64,000 nt of DNA from Tricharina praecox. Its lineage: Eukaryota. The stretch is taken from the NCBI RefSeq assembly GCF_024521635.1, contig NW_026250403.1:2542001-2606000 (forward strand), given 5' to 3'. The notes beneath the pieces were generated by a model. The model was given only the letters and a program-made list of their open reading frames with translations, was not told the origin of the DNA and ran no database searches. Shown here piece after piece: positions 13,210-26,200 of the stretch (position 1 is the stretch's first letter; the number at the start of each line of letters is the position of its first letter). Both the position numbers and the translations under genes were made by a program.

Positions 13210-13283
13210 AGAGTAGAGCGGTAGAGTAGAGAGTAGAGTAGAGTAGAGTAGAGCGGTAGAGTAGAGAGCAGAGCAGAGTAGAG
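13210..13283. repeat. (AGAGT)n pentanucleotide microsatellite
   Basis: Seen directly. Confidence 0.85.
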
Positions 13284-14690
13284 TGGTTGGCTTCGTGTCG
13301 GGGTTGCTTCGTGTCATGTCGGTCGTGCCTGCTTGCCAACCTTCCTTCGTACTTGCCTAGCTGCTTTTCTGTCGTCGTCGGAATAACCTGCGGCCTGGGG
13401 GGTGCGTTAGGTGCACACTCTCCCACCGAACGAACCAAGGGCGGTAGTTTAGTTTTGCTTCGGTTCCTGGAAGACATGGCGCTATCGGGCGGCACTACCC
13501 CGCAACCCGGAATAACTTGCCTGCACTTCGCAAAACCTACCGCCGAGTGACTCCGGAGGGAAGATAGGGGAACCGTCGAATCCCGCGGGTCGACACGCAT
13601 GCAGCAGATGCAGCAAAAGCAGCATGCGCATGTTCTGGACGCGTCCAATTCGCGCAGCCTAGGACCCGCCGATATTGCTGCGAAAGTCTTTGCGGAGAGA
13701 GGGGGTGGTCTGTGGGCACGGCATCTGCTCCGGTCGCTGCAGTCGGAGGGCATCGCAGTGGCCAAGAGACGTGCCCCGTCACGTGCAACGGAGGCGAGTG
13801 CTCCGTCCGCCGGAGAGAGCGGCAGAGGGTAGCGCCGAGTCACGGGAGATAGAGGGTTGATCCGGTGAGCACGGATGCACCGCATTGATGGTGGATATAG
13901 GGATATAGTGGAAGGCAGGTGCATACCGGTACTATACTTATCCATCCATCTCACGGTGCGACGATCCCCATCGAAGACGCGGGGCTTGGCTTGGCTGGCT
14001 GGCTGGCTGCTCGATCGAAGGGCGGGGAAATTCTGTCAGATGCGACCGTGGCCGATGACCGATGACTGGGCTGCTGGGTACATAACATCTTGCTCCGCCG
14101 ATGATGTCAAGGATCACCGCCGGTAACGACGACGTCGAAATGAAAGAAGAGAGGCAACCATGGGCGCCGGGAGATCCTCGAAAGGCCGCCATGCCGATCA
14201 GCCCGCTAGCTGGCAGCAGAGACACTCTAGTGCTGGCCTCTCGCCGTGTCGGTCGGGATCAGCACGCCTGAGCCAAGCCGCCGGCAGTCTAGACGGCCGA
14301 GATGCCTGTAGGATTCGCACAGATACACGTACCCCTCGCGGTCGATCGATAGCCTGTTCGGCCACACGTTCCGCAGCTTCGGTTTCGTGGCCTGACTCCA
14401 CACACAAATTGCTAAACCGAATCCCTACCTATAAACCCGGCATCGTGTCATGCCGAATCCCAGCAATCCCCAATAGCCGGTGGGAGGAAGGATCCCAATT
14501 CCGGAGTCGAGTCGGCATGGTTGAGACTTGAGTACGCCCAGTTCTCATATTTAGAAGCAGTAGATGATTATGTAAGTAGACACAAGAAACAAAAAACCGA
14601 GAAAACAAAAAGCCGAGAAACTCAAAGGAAATCCTCATCACATGGCATTGCAGCTAAAAAGATTCCCTTCACCTCCATGCCTTCTCCCTC

Positions 14691-16138
14691 CTAGCCCCTC
14701 ATTCCAGTGGGCGCCTTCCTCTCCTCTCGGGGCTTCTGCTCGCCCTTCTTCTCCGGCGTAGGATCGGTGGGTTGTCCCGGCTGCGTCGTCGCACTGGTGT
14801 CTTGGTTGTCGTCATGATGCATTCCCTGCTTCCCGGGCTGATCTCCCGCCGCCTTCTTGCCAGGATCGGTCGGCTCATCATCCGACTTCTTCTGTTTGTT
14901 CTCCTTGACCTTTCTGTCTTCCGCCGCCATACGAGCGATCCGCTCGTCCTCCTCCCTCTGCACGTTCTCCCTCTGCTTCAGGCGGATGTCGGCCAGGTGT
15001 TGGCGGGCACCGCGGGTGGGTTCAACGGCATCTCCGATCTGTGCCACGGATCAGCGTGAGGATGACATGTGCTGCCGGAGCGGGGGTTCTCACCTGACCA
15101 CGGCCAACCAAAGTCATGATGATGCACGCACCGACGACGAAGGTCAGGATGAACCGGTAGGTGGTGTACCACCGCGGAGCCCAGCCCATAGTTGTAGCCT
15201 GCGAGTCGGCAAAGTACATACCCACGAAACCCACGAACTGGGTGAGCAGCGCATAGTCGAGCGGCAGCAAGATGGTCGGCCACGCCAGGGCGGGAGCCAG
15301 GATGCCGATAGTGTAGCGGCGGTAAGGGTGGGATCCTCCGTATTTGGCCATCTCCAGGCCCCAATGGACAGCACCGAGGAAACTGACGCACGAATCAGCT
15401 GATTTTTCAACGGCTTGAGTACTTAGATACGGAAACGAGACGCACCTGAGGATGATAGCCCCAAGTCCAATCTGTGTTGGCTCCAGGATCTCGAGGAGAT
15501 GCGAGGCCGTGTCTTTACTGACAAAGATGCCCATGCCCGTCTCCGACGCATGGTTCATGTCCCATGCCAGGAACAAGGTACTGGCACTGGTGACGACGTA
15601 CGGGGCCAAGCCTCCCATGCCGAACCAGAACACCTCCTTTGGCACCTCATGCAGAGCAAATGTCTCCCTAACCGTTGCCTGCCCGGACACACCTGTTACC
15701 ATTCCTCCATCAATCCAACCGATTCGTGGTGGAACATACCAGATCCGACTTGATCCCATGCAGCATATCCGCCTCGTCGTCTTTCTTAACACTGGGATTA
15801 CCGGGCTCAAACACTTGCCTCACGGAGCTGGTACTCGACACAGCTTCCGGATGCGCTTTCAGCTTTTCCTGGCGGTGCCGCTCCTGCTCCTTCTTCAGCT
15901 GGTCGCCTTTCAGCGCCGCCGCATACAGTCGGACACCTAGGGGCCTGAAGAGTGCACTCTGGACACGGTGAGGAGTAGGACGAGGACGGGTCAATTGCGG
16001 AGCTGCTGCTGGCCGGACCAGGTTGGAGAGGCAACGGACGGAGCTGGCGCTGGAGCTGGAGCCGGCATTGAGCTGCAGCAGCGGCCTCGCGTGCGGGAGG
16101 GCTTTGGCGATCGGGCGGAGGGATATTGACCGAAGCAT
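14691..16138 (-). CDS. Mitochondrial membrane protein, DUF3429/TMEM69-like, multi-exon
   Basis: Arg/Ser/Leu-rich presequence (MLRSISLRPIAK...); hydrophobic segments GMGGLAPY, GAIILSFLGAVHWGLE and GWAPRWYTTYRFILT; charged C-terminal tail. Confidence 0.8.
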
Positions 16139-16777
16139 TTCTTGTCTCGTAGCGTTGGATGGGATGGGATGGGCAGGAATTGTTTGTGGAAGTTTTTCGT
16201 GGGTGAAGATGTGGTTATGATGAGCTCCAGCTGTCACCCACAAACACATGACGTCACGGAGACGAGATGCGCATTCAAGGACGCACAACACATGGCGGTG
16301 TAACAATCAGAGGCTGTATTTAGCGATGCCACAGGCTAAAACTGAGTTGCAGTCTTGCAGACGCACGTAAATATCGCCGTTTCCGTGCTGATCGCGCTCT
16401 TGAGTTTTAACGCCTCCCCGAGGTAGGTATGGAAGGTGGATTTTCTACCTAGTACATATTGCAGATAGCCCCGGGTGATAAGTGGTGCTCGGTGACATGC
16501 AGTACCTAGTAAACGGCTTCGGCATCATTTCCGCCTACAATACGCATAACGTAGCATGTGTTTCAAGCGGAGCTCTTCGTCCTAACTACTGGAAGTGCCC
16601 TACCTCCATTCTCGGGCTCTGCCTTGGGTTGATCGGACCGAGTCCGAGCGCACCATCCGGGCCACGGCCCGGCGACCGGCCAGTGCTTAACTCAGCCCGT
16701 GCATTATCTAGTTACCCGGCACCTTATCATCTTCATCTCGCCGCCCAACACCAGCGCCCTACCCCACCTCCCCCCAA

Positions 16778-18190
16778 ATGCCGACCCCTACAGCAGACAC
16801 GCGGCGCCCTGCGGCGACGACACGGCTCTGCGCGCACTGCAACGTTGAGCGGGCCAAGATCCAGCGGGCCAAGACGTACGAGCGACTGTGCATCTCCTGT
16901 TTCATCGGCGTCTTCGAGCTCGAAACGCACCAGACAATAGTGGCGAACCGGCTGTTCCACCGGGGCCAAAAAGTTGCGATCGGCGCTTCGGGCGGGAAGG
17001 ACTCGACCGTGCTGGCCGCCGTGCTGAAGACCCTCAATGAGCGCTATGACTACGGCGTCGAGTTCGTGCTGTTGTCCATCGATGAGGGCATTAAAGGTTA
17101 CCGCGATGATTCCCTCGAGACTGTCAAGAGGAATGCGCAACAGTATGGAATGGAGCTGTGTATTGTCGGCTACAGGGAGCTGTATGGTTGGACTATGGAC
17201 CAGGTCGTCGAGCAGATCGGAAAGAAGGGGAATTGCACCGTGTGTGGAGTGTTCCGACGGCAGGCACTGGACCGTGGAGCGGCGATGCTGGGCGTGAGCC
17301 ACGTTGTCACGGGGCACAACGCCGACGACATGGCGGAGACCGTGCTCATGAACCGTAAGCCCCCATCCCTTCCACCCCCGTGCGGGGTGGGTGGCATTAA
17401 CTAAACCTTACTCCCAGTCCTCCGCGGCGACCTCCCGCGGCTCCACCGGTGCACCTGCATCGTGACCTCAAGCGCCTCGTCGCCCATCTCGCGCAGCAAG
17501 CCATTAAAATACGCGTACGAGAAGGAGATCGTGCTGTACGCGCACCACCGCAAGCTCGACTACTTCTCGACGGAGTGCATCTACTCGCCGGAGGCGTTCC
17601 GCGGCAGCGCGCGCAGCTTGATCAAGAGTCTGGAGCGCGTGCGGCCCTCGGCAATCTTGGATATTGTCCGCTCTGGCGAGGCGTTCGCCGAGATGGTGCC
17701 GGAGGAGATCCGCGGATCCGCATGCGCCGGTGAGGCGAAAAGGAAAACTACCATTGATGTCGCGGCGGATAGGCAGGCTGAGGCCGAGGCGGAGGAGGGG
17801 GGGTGTACGAAAGGGACTACGGGGGATCCGTCGCTGGGCGGCGAAATGTCGCAGTTTGAGAGGCAGCTTACGGAAACCGAGAGGGCGGAGCACCGGGAGA
17901 CGGAGATCACATTACCGCCACCGACTAACAAGAAGGGTGGCAAAGGTAAAGAGAAGAAGGAGCAGCTGTCGAAGTTCAAGAAGCAACAGCTGGGGTCATG
18001 CCTGAAGTGCGGCTACATGAGCTCGCAGGAGCTATGTAAGGCCTGTGTGATTCTGGACGATCTGAACAAGAACAGGCCGAAGATTGAGGTGGAGCTGGAC
18101 GACGAGGATGAAGACGCGAGTTCGAGTGTACGTCGCAAGATGGAGGCATTGGATCTCAGGAGGTCACTAGTGGAGGTTGATGCCTCATGA
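16778..18190 (+). CDS. NCS6: Cytoplasmic tRNA 2-thiolation protein 1, 2 exons (intron ~17355-17417)
   Basis: N-terminal CxxC pairs, PP-loop [46 protein letters not shown] and C-terminal [16 protein letters not shown]. Confidence 0.95.
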
Positions 18191-18497
18191 GGATATCAGT
18201 AGGTACCGGTGTTTCACAGTAAGGAATAATATATTATTCATACCTATCGCCTTGCCAGAAGCTGCGGAATCTGCAGCATTGAGGGTTTATACTGGGCTTG
18301 GCTAGATACCCGAACCTGGCATCATCCCTGAATCCTAGCGAAAGTGCCCCATGGGTGAAGCTTTCAACTCAATCGCACAACACCTCTACCACACAGCGCA
18401 ACAGCATATATCGCATCCAGCCATCCCTTCTCGCAAACAGTCATTCATCCGTTCTCCTACCTGTTCATAAACTCACCACGCCGCCGGAATACACGTA

Positions 18498-19719
18498 ATG
18501 TCTACAGTAAATACTGATTTCTACATCCTTGTGACAGGGGCAAACAGGTACGTACACCCTCTCCTGCCGGAGCTTCTGTATGCTATCTCGCCAGTATGCT
18601 GACCTTCACAGCGGCCTCGGCCTCTCAATTGCCAAACGTCTCTGCACCGACTTCCTCGCGACGTACCCTACGCACGAGACGCTCACGATAATCTTCACCA
18701 CGCGCTCCTCTCGCAAAAGCACCACCACGCTCTCCCTGCTGATCGACCACCTCGCCGCGCTCGACCGGTCCGGACACTCCGCCACGCTCCGCATCCGCTT
18801 CTCGACCGCGCAAGTCGACCTGACCTCGCTCCCCTCCGTCGCCGCCCTCTCCAAACACCTCATCCACAGCTTCCCGCACCTCGATGCCGCCATCTTCAAC
18901 GCGGGCATGGGCGCCTTCACCGGCATAGACTGGCTCGGCTGCTTCATCTCGCTCGCCAAAAACTGGGTCGAGGCGGTGACGCACCCGGTGTTCAAGATCC
19001 AAGCGGTGGGGCGCACCGTTCCCCAGCCCGCGGTGGGCGGCGGCGACATTGGCGAGGTCTTCTGCGCCAACGTCTTCGGGCACTACTACCTGGCGCACGA
19101 GTTGATGCCACTGCTGCGCCAAGGCCGCGGCCGCATAATCTGGGTGTCGAGCCTGGAGGCGTACGCGCGGGTCTTTGACAAAGACGACCTCGAGGGCCGC
19201 AAGGCGACACATTCGTACGAGGCGTCGAAGCGGCTCACGGACGTGATCGCGCTGACCAGCTCGCTGCCGGCCACGAAGGCGTGGGCCGACTCCTATTTCT
19301 CTGCGAGCGAGCAGGAGCAGGAGAAGGAGAAGGGTGAGAGGAGGCCGAAAATGTTCCTCTCCCACCCTGGCATCTGTGCTACCGCTATGGTCGACCTCCA
19401 CGTAGTCCTGTTCTACTGCATGACACTGGCGTTCTATATCGCGCGCTGGATCGGGAGCCCGTGGCATACGATCTCTACAGACACTGGGGCGAATGCGCCG
19501 GTGCACCTGGCGCTGGCGCGCGATGAGGAGCTGGTGGAGACGGAGGCGCAGCGGAAGAAGTGGGGGAGTGGCAGTGATCGCGCGGGGAAGGGCGTGCTTC
19601 GGGTTACGGATGTGGAGGGTGAGAGTGGTGAGGAGTGGGAGGAGCTGGGGAGGGACGTGTGGAGGCAGATGGAAGAGCTGAGGGTTGTCTGGAAGGCTAG
19701 GTTGGAGGAGGCGAAATAA
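18498..19719 (+). CDS. ERG27: 3-keto-steroid reductase (SDR family), 2 exons (intron ~18548-18611)
   Basis: Spliced ILVTGANSGLG Rossmann motif, NAGMG, GEVFCANVFGHY, IIWVSSLEA, YEASK (YxxxK), HPGI and ARWIGSPWH. Confidence 0.9.
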
Positions 19720-20015
19720 TCAGTTGATGTGTGGGTGCGTGGGTGGACTTTCCTTCGTGGTTCTAATTGAGTTAACTAGAATACGGTACTGGCTGCGAGT
19801 GATTGATCGATAGGATAATATTACATAGACACATTAATGAATACAGGCATTGATAAAACCAGTACATTTTATCCAAATCAATCCTGCGATGCGATGCTCC
19901 AAACGACAAGGGGAATATGATATCTATGACAAAAGCAGGGGAAAAAAGCAGCCCAAACTCCGATTACTATCATAATGCAATATTACTCCCAACAAGGGGG
20001 CACTCCGGACTACCA

Positions 20016-22698
20016 TTACACCAGCGAGTTTACGGGCGGCGTCATCCTCTTTGTGATTTGCTCCTTCTTCATACTCCGTATCTGCGCCTCGAGCTCCCTG
20101 CGTTCCTCACGTTCAGCCTATCACAAGAAAGGTCAGCCATAGTCCTGGTAATCATGAGTAGATGGAAGAAAACAAACCTTTAGTGCCTTCGCCTGCTCAG
20201 TCCTCATATCCCGCATCATCTTCTTGAACTCCTGTCTGAGCACAATGAGCGTGGTGCTATCACCAGTCCTTGCTCTAGGGTCCGCAGAACGAGGACCATT
20301 TGACTGCACCCCGAGGATTCCAATCTTCTCCTCGGCCACCGCAGTCTCGAGCCCGTCAACTCGTTCCTTCAACGAGTCGATGGTCGACTCCAGCCTCGAC
20401 CTCTCCTTCTCCGCCTCAATCCCTTGCTTGGTCAAGTTCTCAAAGTCCTTGAGCATGTCGTCGAGCTCCTTCTGCAGCACCTTACATCGCTTCTCCAGGT
20501 GCGCGTTATTGGCGCCTTCAGCGCGCTCGTTCTTGAGCCTGACAATCTCGTCGATCAGCTCGTTGTTCTTTCGCTCGAGGTTCTCGATCTCGGCGAGAAG
20601 GCCTGGGTCGATGGTTTGCGGCTGCTTGTTCGCCTTTTCCAGAGCCAGAGCGGCGGCTCTGGCTTGGGCGGTGGCGGCGGCGCGCTCGGATTTCGAGCCG
20701 TAGGCGATATCGAGCTCGGCTTTCGCCATGACCACTTCCGTCGACAGCTCCGCGACTTTGCGCGACATCTCTTCGAGCTCCCCGTCCATCCGCTTGATCT
20801 CGTTTGCTTTCTCCTCCAGCTGTAGCCGGAGGGCGTTTTCCTGCTGCGCAGATGCTTCCTGCGCTTTTGCAGTGGCCTGGAGGACCTCCTCCTTAAGCGC
20901 GACAATCTCAAGGTCGAGCTGCGTCAGCTTGCCATCGTTCTCGGCTGTGAGCGCCTCGAGTTCGGCCTTGGTGAGATCGCGGTCCTCTTTGATGTCCTGA
21001 TACTTGATTTCGAGCTCGACCATGGCCTCCTCTCGTGCGACCAGTTTCCGATCAAGCTCCTCCAGCTGGCTCTCCATTTCCACCCTCGCCTCGTTCGCGA
21101 TCGCCAACGCATTGTGCTCCTGCTGGAACCCTTGGTTCGCCTGCATCGCTTTCTGCTTGTCCTGCGACCGCTCCATATCTAGTTGATGCATTGCATCCAT
21201 AAATTCGGCGCTCTTCTTACTGAACGCGGTTCGCGACTCCTCAAGCTCATCGGACGTCTGTTTAGCCACAGTTTCCGACTCCATCAATGCGGTTTGCAAG
21301 CCGGTCAGCTCTTCCGTCAGCGCCTCAATCTTCGTATTTGCCGCAACAAGGGCGTCGTCGCGTTGCTCGAGCAGCATCGACAGCTGGTTAACCTGGCCTG
21401 CCATATTTTTCAGATCCTCCTGCATCAACTTCATATCCTCATCCATATCGGAGTCCTGCTGATGTGAACGGTCCTTCAGTGTATCGCGTTCGTTACGGAG
21501 GTTGTTGAGTTTATTTAGCATGCTCTGGACTTTCGACGAAAATACTGAGATCGAGTATTCCGGGGATGCCTCTCGTTCGTCGTCGCTTTCGTATCCTTTC
21601 CCCCGATCCATCTTCTGCTCCCGCGCATCTTCCTCCGACGCCATGATCATGTCCCACAGCGTCATCAGCAAGGTCTCAGTGCGCTCAAACTCTTCCGCCG
21701 CGCGACTGGCCCCCGGCGCCGCTGGTGGATGGTCCCGGATGTACTGGATATTTTGGTCCAGCAGCGCGAGCTGCTCGTGGATCTTATTCTCGCCGTCTTG
21801 TCCCCTCAACGGCGGCCGCGGAGATCCGCCGCCAGTGGACTGCAGCAGCTCATGGATGCGCATATTGAAGTCCTCCAACCTCTCAACCACAAACTCGTCC
21901 TCCACCGGCTTCTTCGTCGTCGCACCCGCACTTTCCGCGCCATGAAAACCTCTCGTCACCCCCTCCCCAAAACCGTCCAACTTATCCGCCGTCCTGTACA
22001 AGTGCGGATCGTCAAAGGCGGTTGGATCCGCCACACCGTGCGCAAGCGTGTACTCCATACTCGCACGCTGCGACGCCGTGCCCTCCTTATGCGTCAAGCA
22101 CAGGATCCCGGCGGAATGCATCAACAGCCTCTCGCGCACCTCGGCAGCGCGCTGCTTATACTTCTCCAGCTCAGCACCCAGCTCATCGCACTTCTTCTTC
22201 CCGGCCTCCAGCTCCGGGTCCTCGCGCGGCTGCCCACGCTTCGCCGACAGCCGCGCGAACGACAGCAGCGCGTCGCGCACTTTCGACTCCCGCGCTAGCT
22301 TGTTCGCCGTTACGTCGATGCGCTTCGTGAGCTCCGAGTACTCCTTCTTGAGCGCTTCGACTTCCTCGTACGATAGCACCGCAAACGACGTGCTGTCGAA
22401 GATTGCCTGTTCTACTAGCAGGTGCAGCGACATTGGGTCGAGCGAGGTCGTGGGTGCATCCTATGTGCGAACATCCTCCGTCAGCTCGACCGACTTACTT
22501 CATCCCTCCCGCCTCCCGCCACAACACAGGAAAGGGGAAACGGAAACGGAAACCCACCGGATTGAATCGCGGCCGCGCATATCCTGCTCCACCACCACCA
22601 CCACCTCCACCGCCGTGCCATGAGTTTTCTTCCGGATCATCGTAATGCTGTTCTTGAGGCGGGTAGCTATTACGCGCTGCTGTGTGGTAGCCGTTCAT
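20016..22698 (-). CDS. Long coiled-coil protein with an N-terminal Uds1 (up-regulated during septation)-like domain, 3 exons
   Basis: HLLVEQAIFDSTSFAVLSYEEVEALKKE...RERLLMHSAGIL, extensive heptads and C-terminal LRQEFKKMMRD; introns 22461-22557 and ~20118-20177. Confidence 0.75.
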
Positions 22699-23251
22699 TG
22701 CGGACGCGTGAGTTGATGTTCGTAGTGTGGCGACGTGGAGGATCTTGGAATTAATTCGTCGACGAGCATGAATGGAGTTTACGAGAACACGTTGATCTGA
22801 GGAATCAGGGGCGACACACTGGACGAGGCGAGGCGCTACAGCCTACTTACAGGCATTGGAATGGTGTGGGGGACCTGCAAGGATATGGGCGGCAGCGGTA
22901 ACCCCGTATGACATGTTATACACACTGCACAGTCCTGCTTGTATGGGGGATCGTATTAGATTCAAACACTTCAAAGCTCACGGGGTTTGATGACAAGGAG
23001 TCAAAGACACTCCCGAATCATATTGCAAAGCACAGGACAGCTGCAAAACACGATACCTACACCAAGGAGAAAGGCCCATTCCACCCATGAAAAACCATGA
23101 CACATATTTGCAACGCAAAAAAGAAACCACAAAACACAATCCGCGAAAGATAAATCCCAATTCCGCCCATGAAAAACAAAAAAGCCTAAGAAAAGACCCC
23201 CCAGCCACAGCCAATCCTCAAATCCCCAAATCCATATCTCAAGTCTACCGT

Positions 23252-26200
23252 CTACGACACCGCAGCAGTACTGTTAAACGAATTTACCGCTAGTCCAATC
23301 TTCTTGAACAGGAACTTGCGCGAGCTCTCGTCCTTGGTTGGAATGAAAGGTCCTTGTCGGTTGCCTCTCAAGATCAATACGATCCCCGTGCGCTCCATGC
23401 TGATTGTTTGCAGCTCCTTGAGCGGTACGTCCCACTCGCAGTATAACTTCTTGCTCCGGACGAGCATGATTCTCCTGCAACTTTATTAGCACGGACAAAA
23501 GGAACCAAGTGGAAAGCATGTACTCACGCAAAAGTCAACATGACAACAACGTCCTGTTCCGGAAGTTCCAGGTGGGCAATGTATTCCTCGTTGAAGTACT
23601 TTCCGTTGTCCAGCTGCTTGAGCCAGAACTGTCCTAGTGCCTCCCGTTGCGAGTATGGCCGCACGATTCCGTCTTGTGCGATGTAGCGGGTCAGCCGTAC
23701 ACGGTCGAGTCCGTCTTGATCGAAAACAGTAGTGGTGTTCCGGATTCCCTCAGTGACATCTAGCCAAATGATTAGCACACCATTCGATAAGTTTCGCTTC
23801 CGAGAGTTCCTTACTTGACGCAAGATCGAAGACACCAATCGCCGGCTTGGTAGCAAGTCCCACAACACCCTTTCCGATACCCTTGAGGAATCCCAAAGCA
23901 CCTTCCCGCTCCGCTCCCTCAAGCGGCTTCCGTGCTAGACCACCGACTCCACTGGCCACGCTGCTAACAAAAGAGTTTGCGCCAGCCGTGACACCGTACA
24001 AGGCGTGCTTCGGTCGGTTTCTCGAGCGTGACATACGTCGTCGATCCTGGAACTGCTTGTCAAGCGTGGCGGCAGTCAGGCCTTTCGAAATACTGCCGGT
24101 AAACTTGGACAAACTGTCGCTGACTCCAAAGACAGACTTCTTGACGAACATGGTGGCTCCCTTGGCGATTCCGATTCCCAGCTCCTGTGGCCTATCGTTC
24201 AGGATGAATCCCTGGTACGGCTCGTAGAAGATGTCCACAACACCCGAACTGATGTTGTTGAACAAGCCCACCGGGTTACCAAGGAAGTCTGCAGATCCCA
24301 GGATCTTGTGGACCTGGTAGAGAACCTCCTGGGTGTAGTGAGCCTGGAGGCGCTGAAGAAGTAGAGGAACTGACACCCGTGCGTTCTCGAGCATCAGTGC
24401 GTTGAGCTTCACGGGAGCGTCGTTCACGTTTCCGATCGCCATCGTCAGGATATTCACCAGGAACATCAGCGGATTATTCGATGAGGTCTTGTCTTCGACG
24501 TTGACAACATCCGTCCTCAGGAGAGAGAGATCGATCTGTGCTGGCTGGATGTTGAGGAGCTCAAAGTATAGATCCTGGCCAGCATCCAATATCTTGGGTT
24601 CGGGAACTTCAAGTGAATCGTCACAGAGTATTCCCTCGCTCTCCTTGGCATCCAGTCCCGGCATCTTGGAGAAGTCCAGTAAGGCATAGATGAAATCTTC
24701 GTCGATCTCAACTGTCATCTGCTGCATCAAGAAAGTCGCATACTTGATGTATGTCACACCGTAACTGTCGTCGTTCACGAGAGTCATGGACGAGTGAATC
24801 GACGGGTGAACATCCATCTCCTTTCCGGTCTTCGGCACAACACTGGGATAGATGATGATGGGAAATATTCCGCCATAGAGCTGGTTGTCAACTTGTACCC
24901 ATTTGATGACCAAACTATAGGTTTGGTAAAGCGACGAAGTGCCATACTTGAACTCCAGGTCACGGAAGGTGATGTACGCAAGTTCCTTCAGTTGTCTGTT
25001 GATCAAAGAAATACCAATACCGGCAAATCGTATCTGCGCCTGGAAAGTAGTGCCACTGTCGACATCCTTAACCTCGAACCCGGATGTTGCCACGCTGCTG
25101 GTCGACGGGTTGGGATTGGATTTGACCTTGTAGATACTCTTCGAAGGCTTAAAGTTAGACAACACCAACGTCTGGGTAGGACCGTTCGCGACGACATTGA
25201 CATCGATGATCTTCCGTTTGCCTGAGCCGTCGGGAGTATCAACCTTGATCGGCAGCAAGTTTCCAATCTCTGTGAGTGGGATGTGCCGCGTCTGACGACC
25301 GGCACAGAGAACCAGCTCCTTCGTTTTGCCTGCGGGATAGTCCCATGCGTACGGCATGATGCTGCGAGGAGGAAGCTTGTATTTGATTAGCCTGAACTCG
25401 GTCTTGGAATCCTCCGCATCGTCTTGATTGGGGTCGGTTTGCCAGAACGTAAACTCTTGGGTGCTCTCGTTTCGCATCGAGAAGGGCCAATTCTTCGTCT
25501 CCATACTCAGATGCAAGAAAACGGTCGACTTTTCCGCCAATATCTCCACTCTAACCAGTGTCTGCCGCTGATTGTTCCTGTGCATCTTGACATGTACCCG
25601 GCCGAGATCCGAGATGTTGAACGGCGCCGACCACCTGTTGTTGATCCCGGGGAACAAGAGCGTCAACTGCTTGGTGTGTGTTGATCGGAGGAAATGCAGC
25701 GGCAGCAGCTGGCCAGGCTCAAGCGTCATGATATTGCTCGAGCCGGCACCCGGCTCCCTGATCTGCACGGTCTCTTGGAGCTTGCTCTTGAGGATGAACC
25801 TCGGGGACAATGTCACGACCTTAGTCATCTTGTACTTCCCTTCTCCCTCGTCAACGGAGATTCCAACATGAATTTCAGTCTGCTTTGTCGAGGATGGCAG
25901 GACGACGTCGTTCACACTACCGACAGCCTCGAAACTTTGCGGTCTGCTCCAGTTCGAATCGCCCACTTTGAAGACGGCTCTGTTCTGCCGATCGTCATTC
26001 GGATACGAGAACATGTACGGAAGGGCCTTCTGCGTTGCCGCCGAGCCCGTCTGCATCTGTCCGGCCGCCACTCTCGCCGACTGCAAGAGTGATTTGGATT
26101 TGACCATCATGTTTAGCCCGGTCTTGTTGAGAATGATGTAAGGGCTATAGACCGCAACACGGAAAGCCCCACCGCTGTTCGGGATCTTGTAGTAGTGCAG

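Noticed and set aside
18625-19506. 293-aa minus-strand ORF (and similar long ORFs opposite VPS13, NCS6 and the coiled-coil gene)
   Set aside because: Antisense shadows caused by GC-rich codon usage of real genes.
22461-22557. Internal GTAAGT in intron 1 of the coiled-coil gene as a nested intron/stwintron
   Set aside because: It would leave only a ~38-nt intron and does not interrupt a splice signal; the single GTGGGT..TAG intron keeps the frame.
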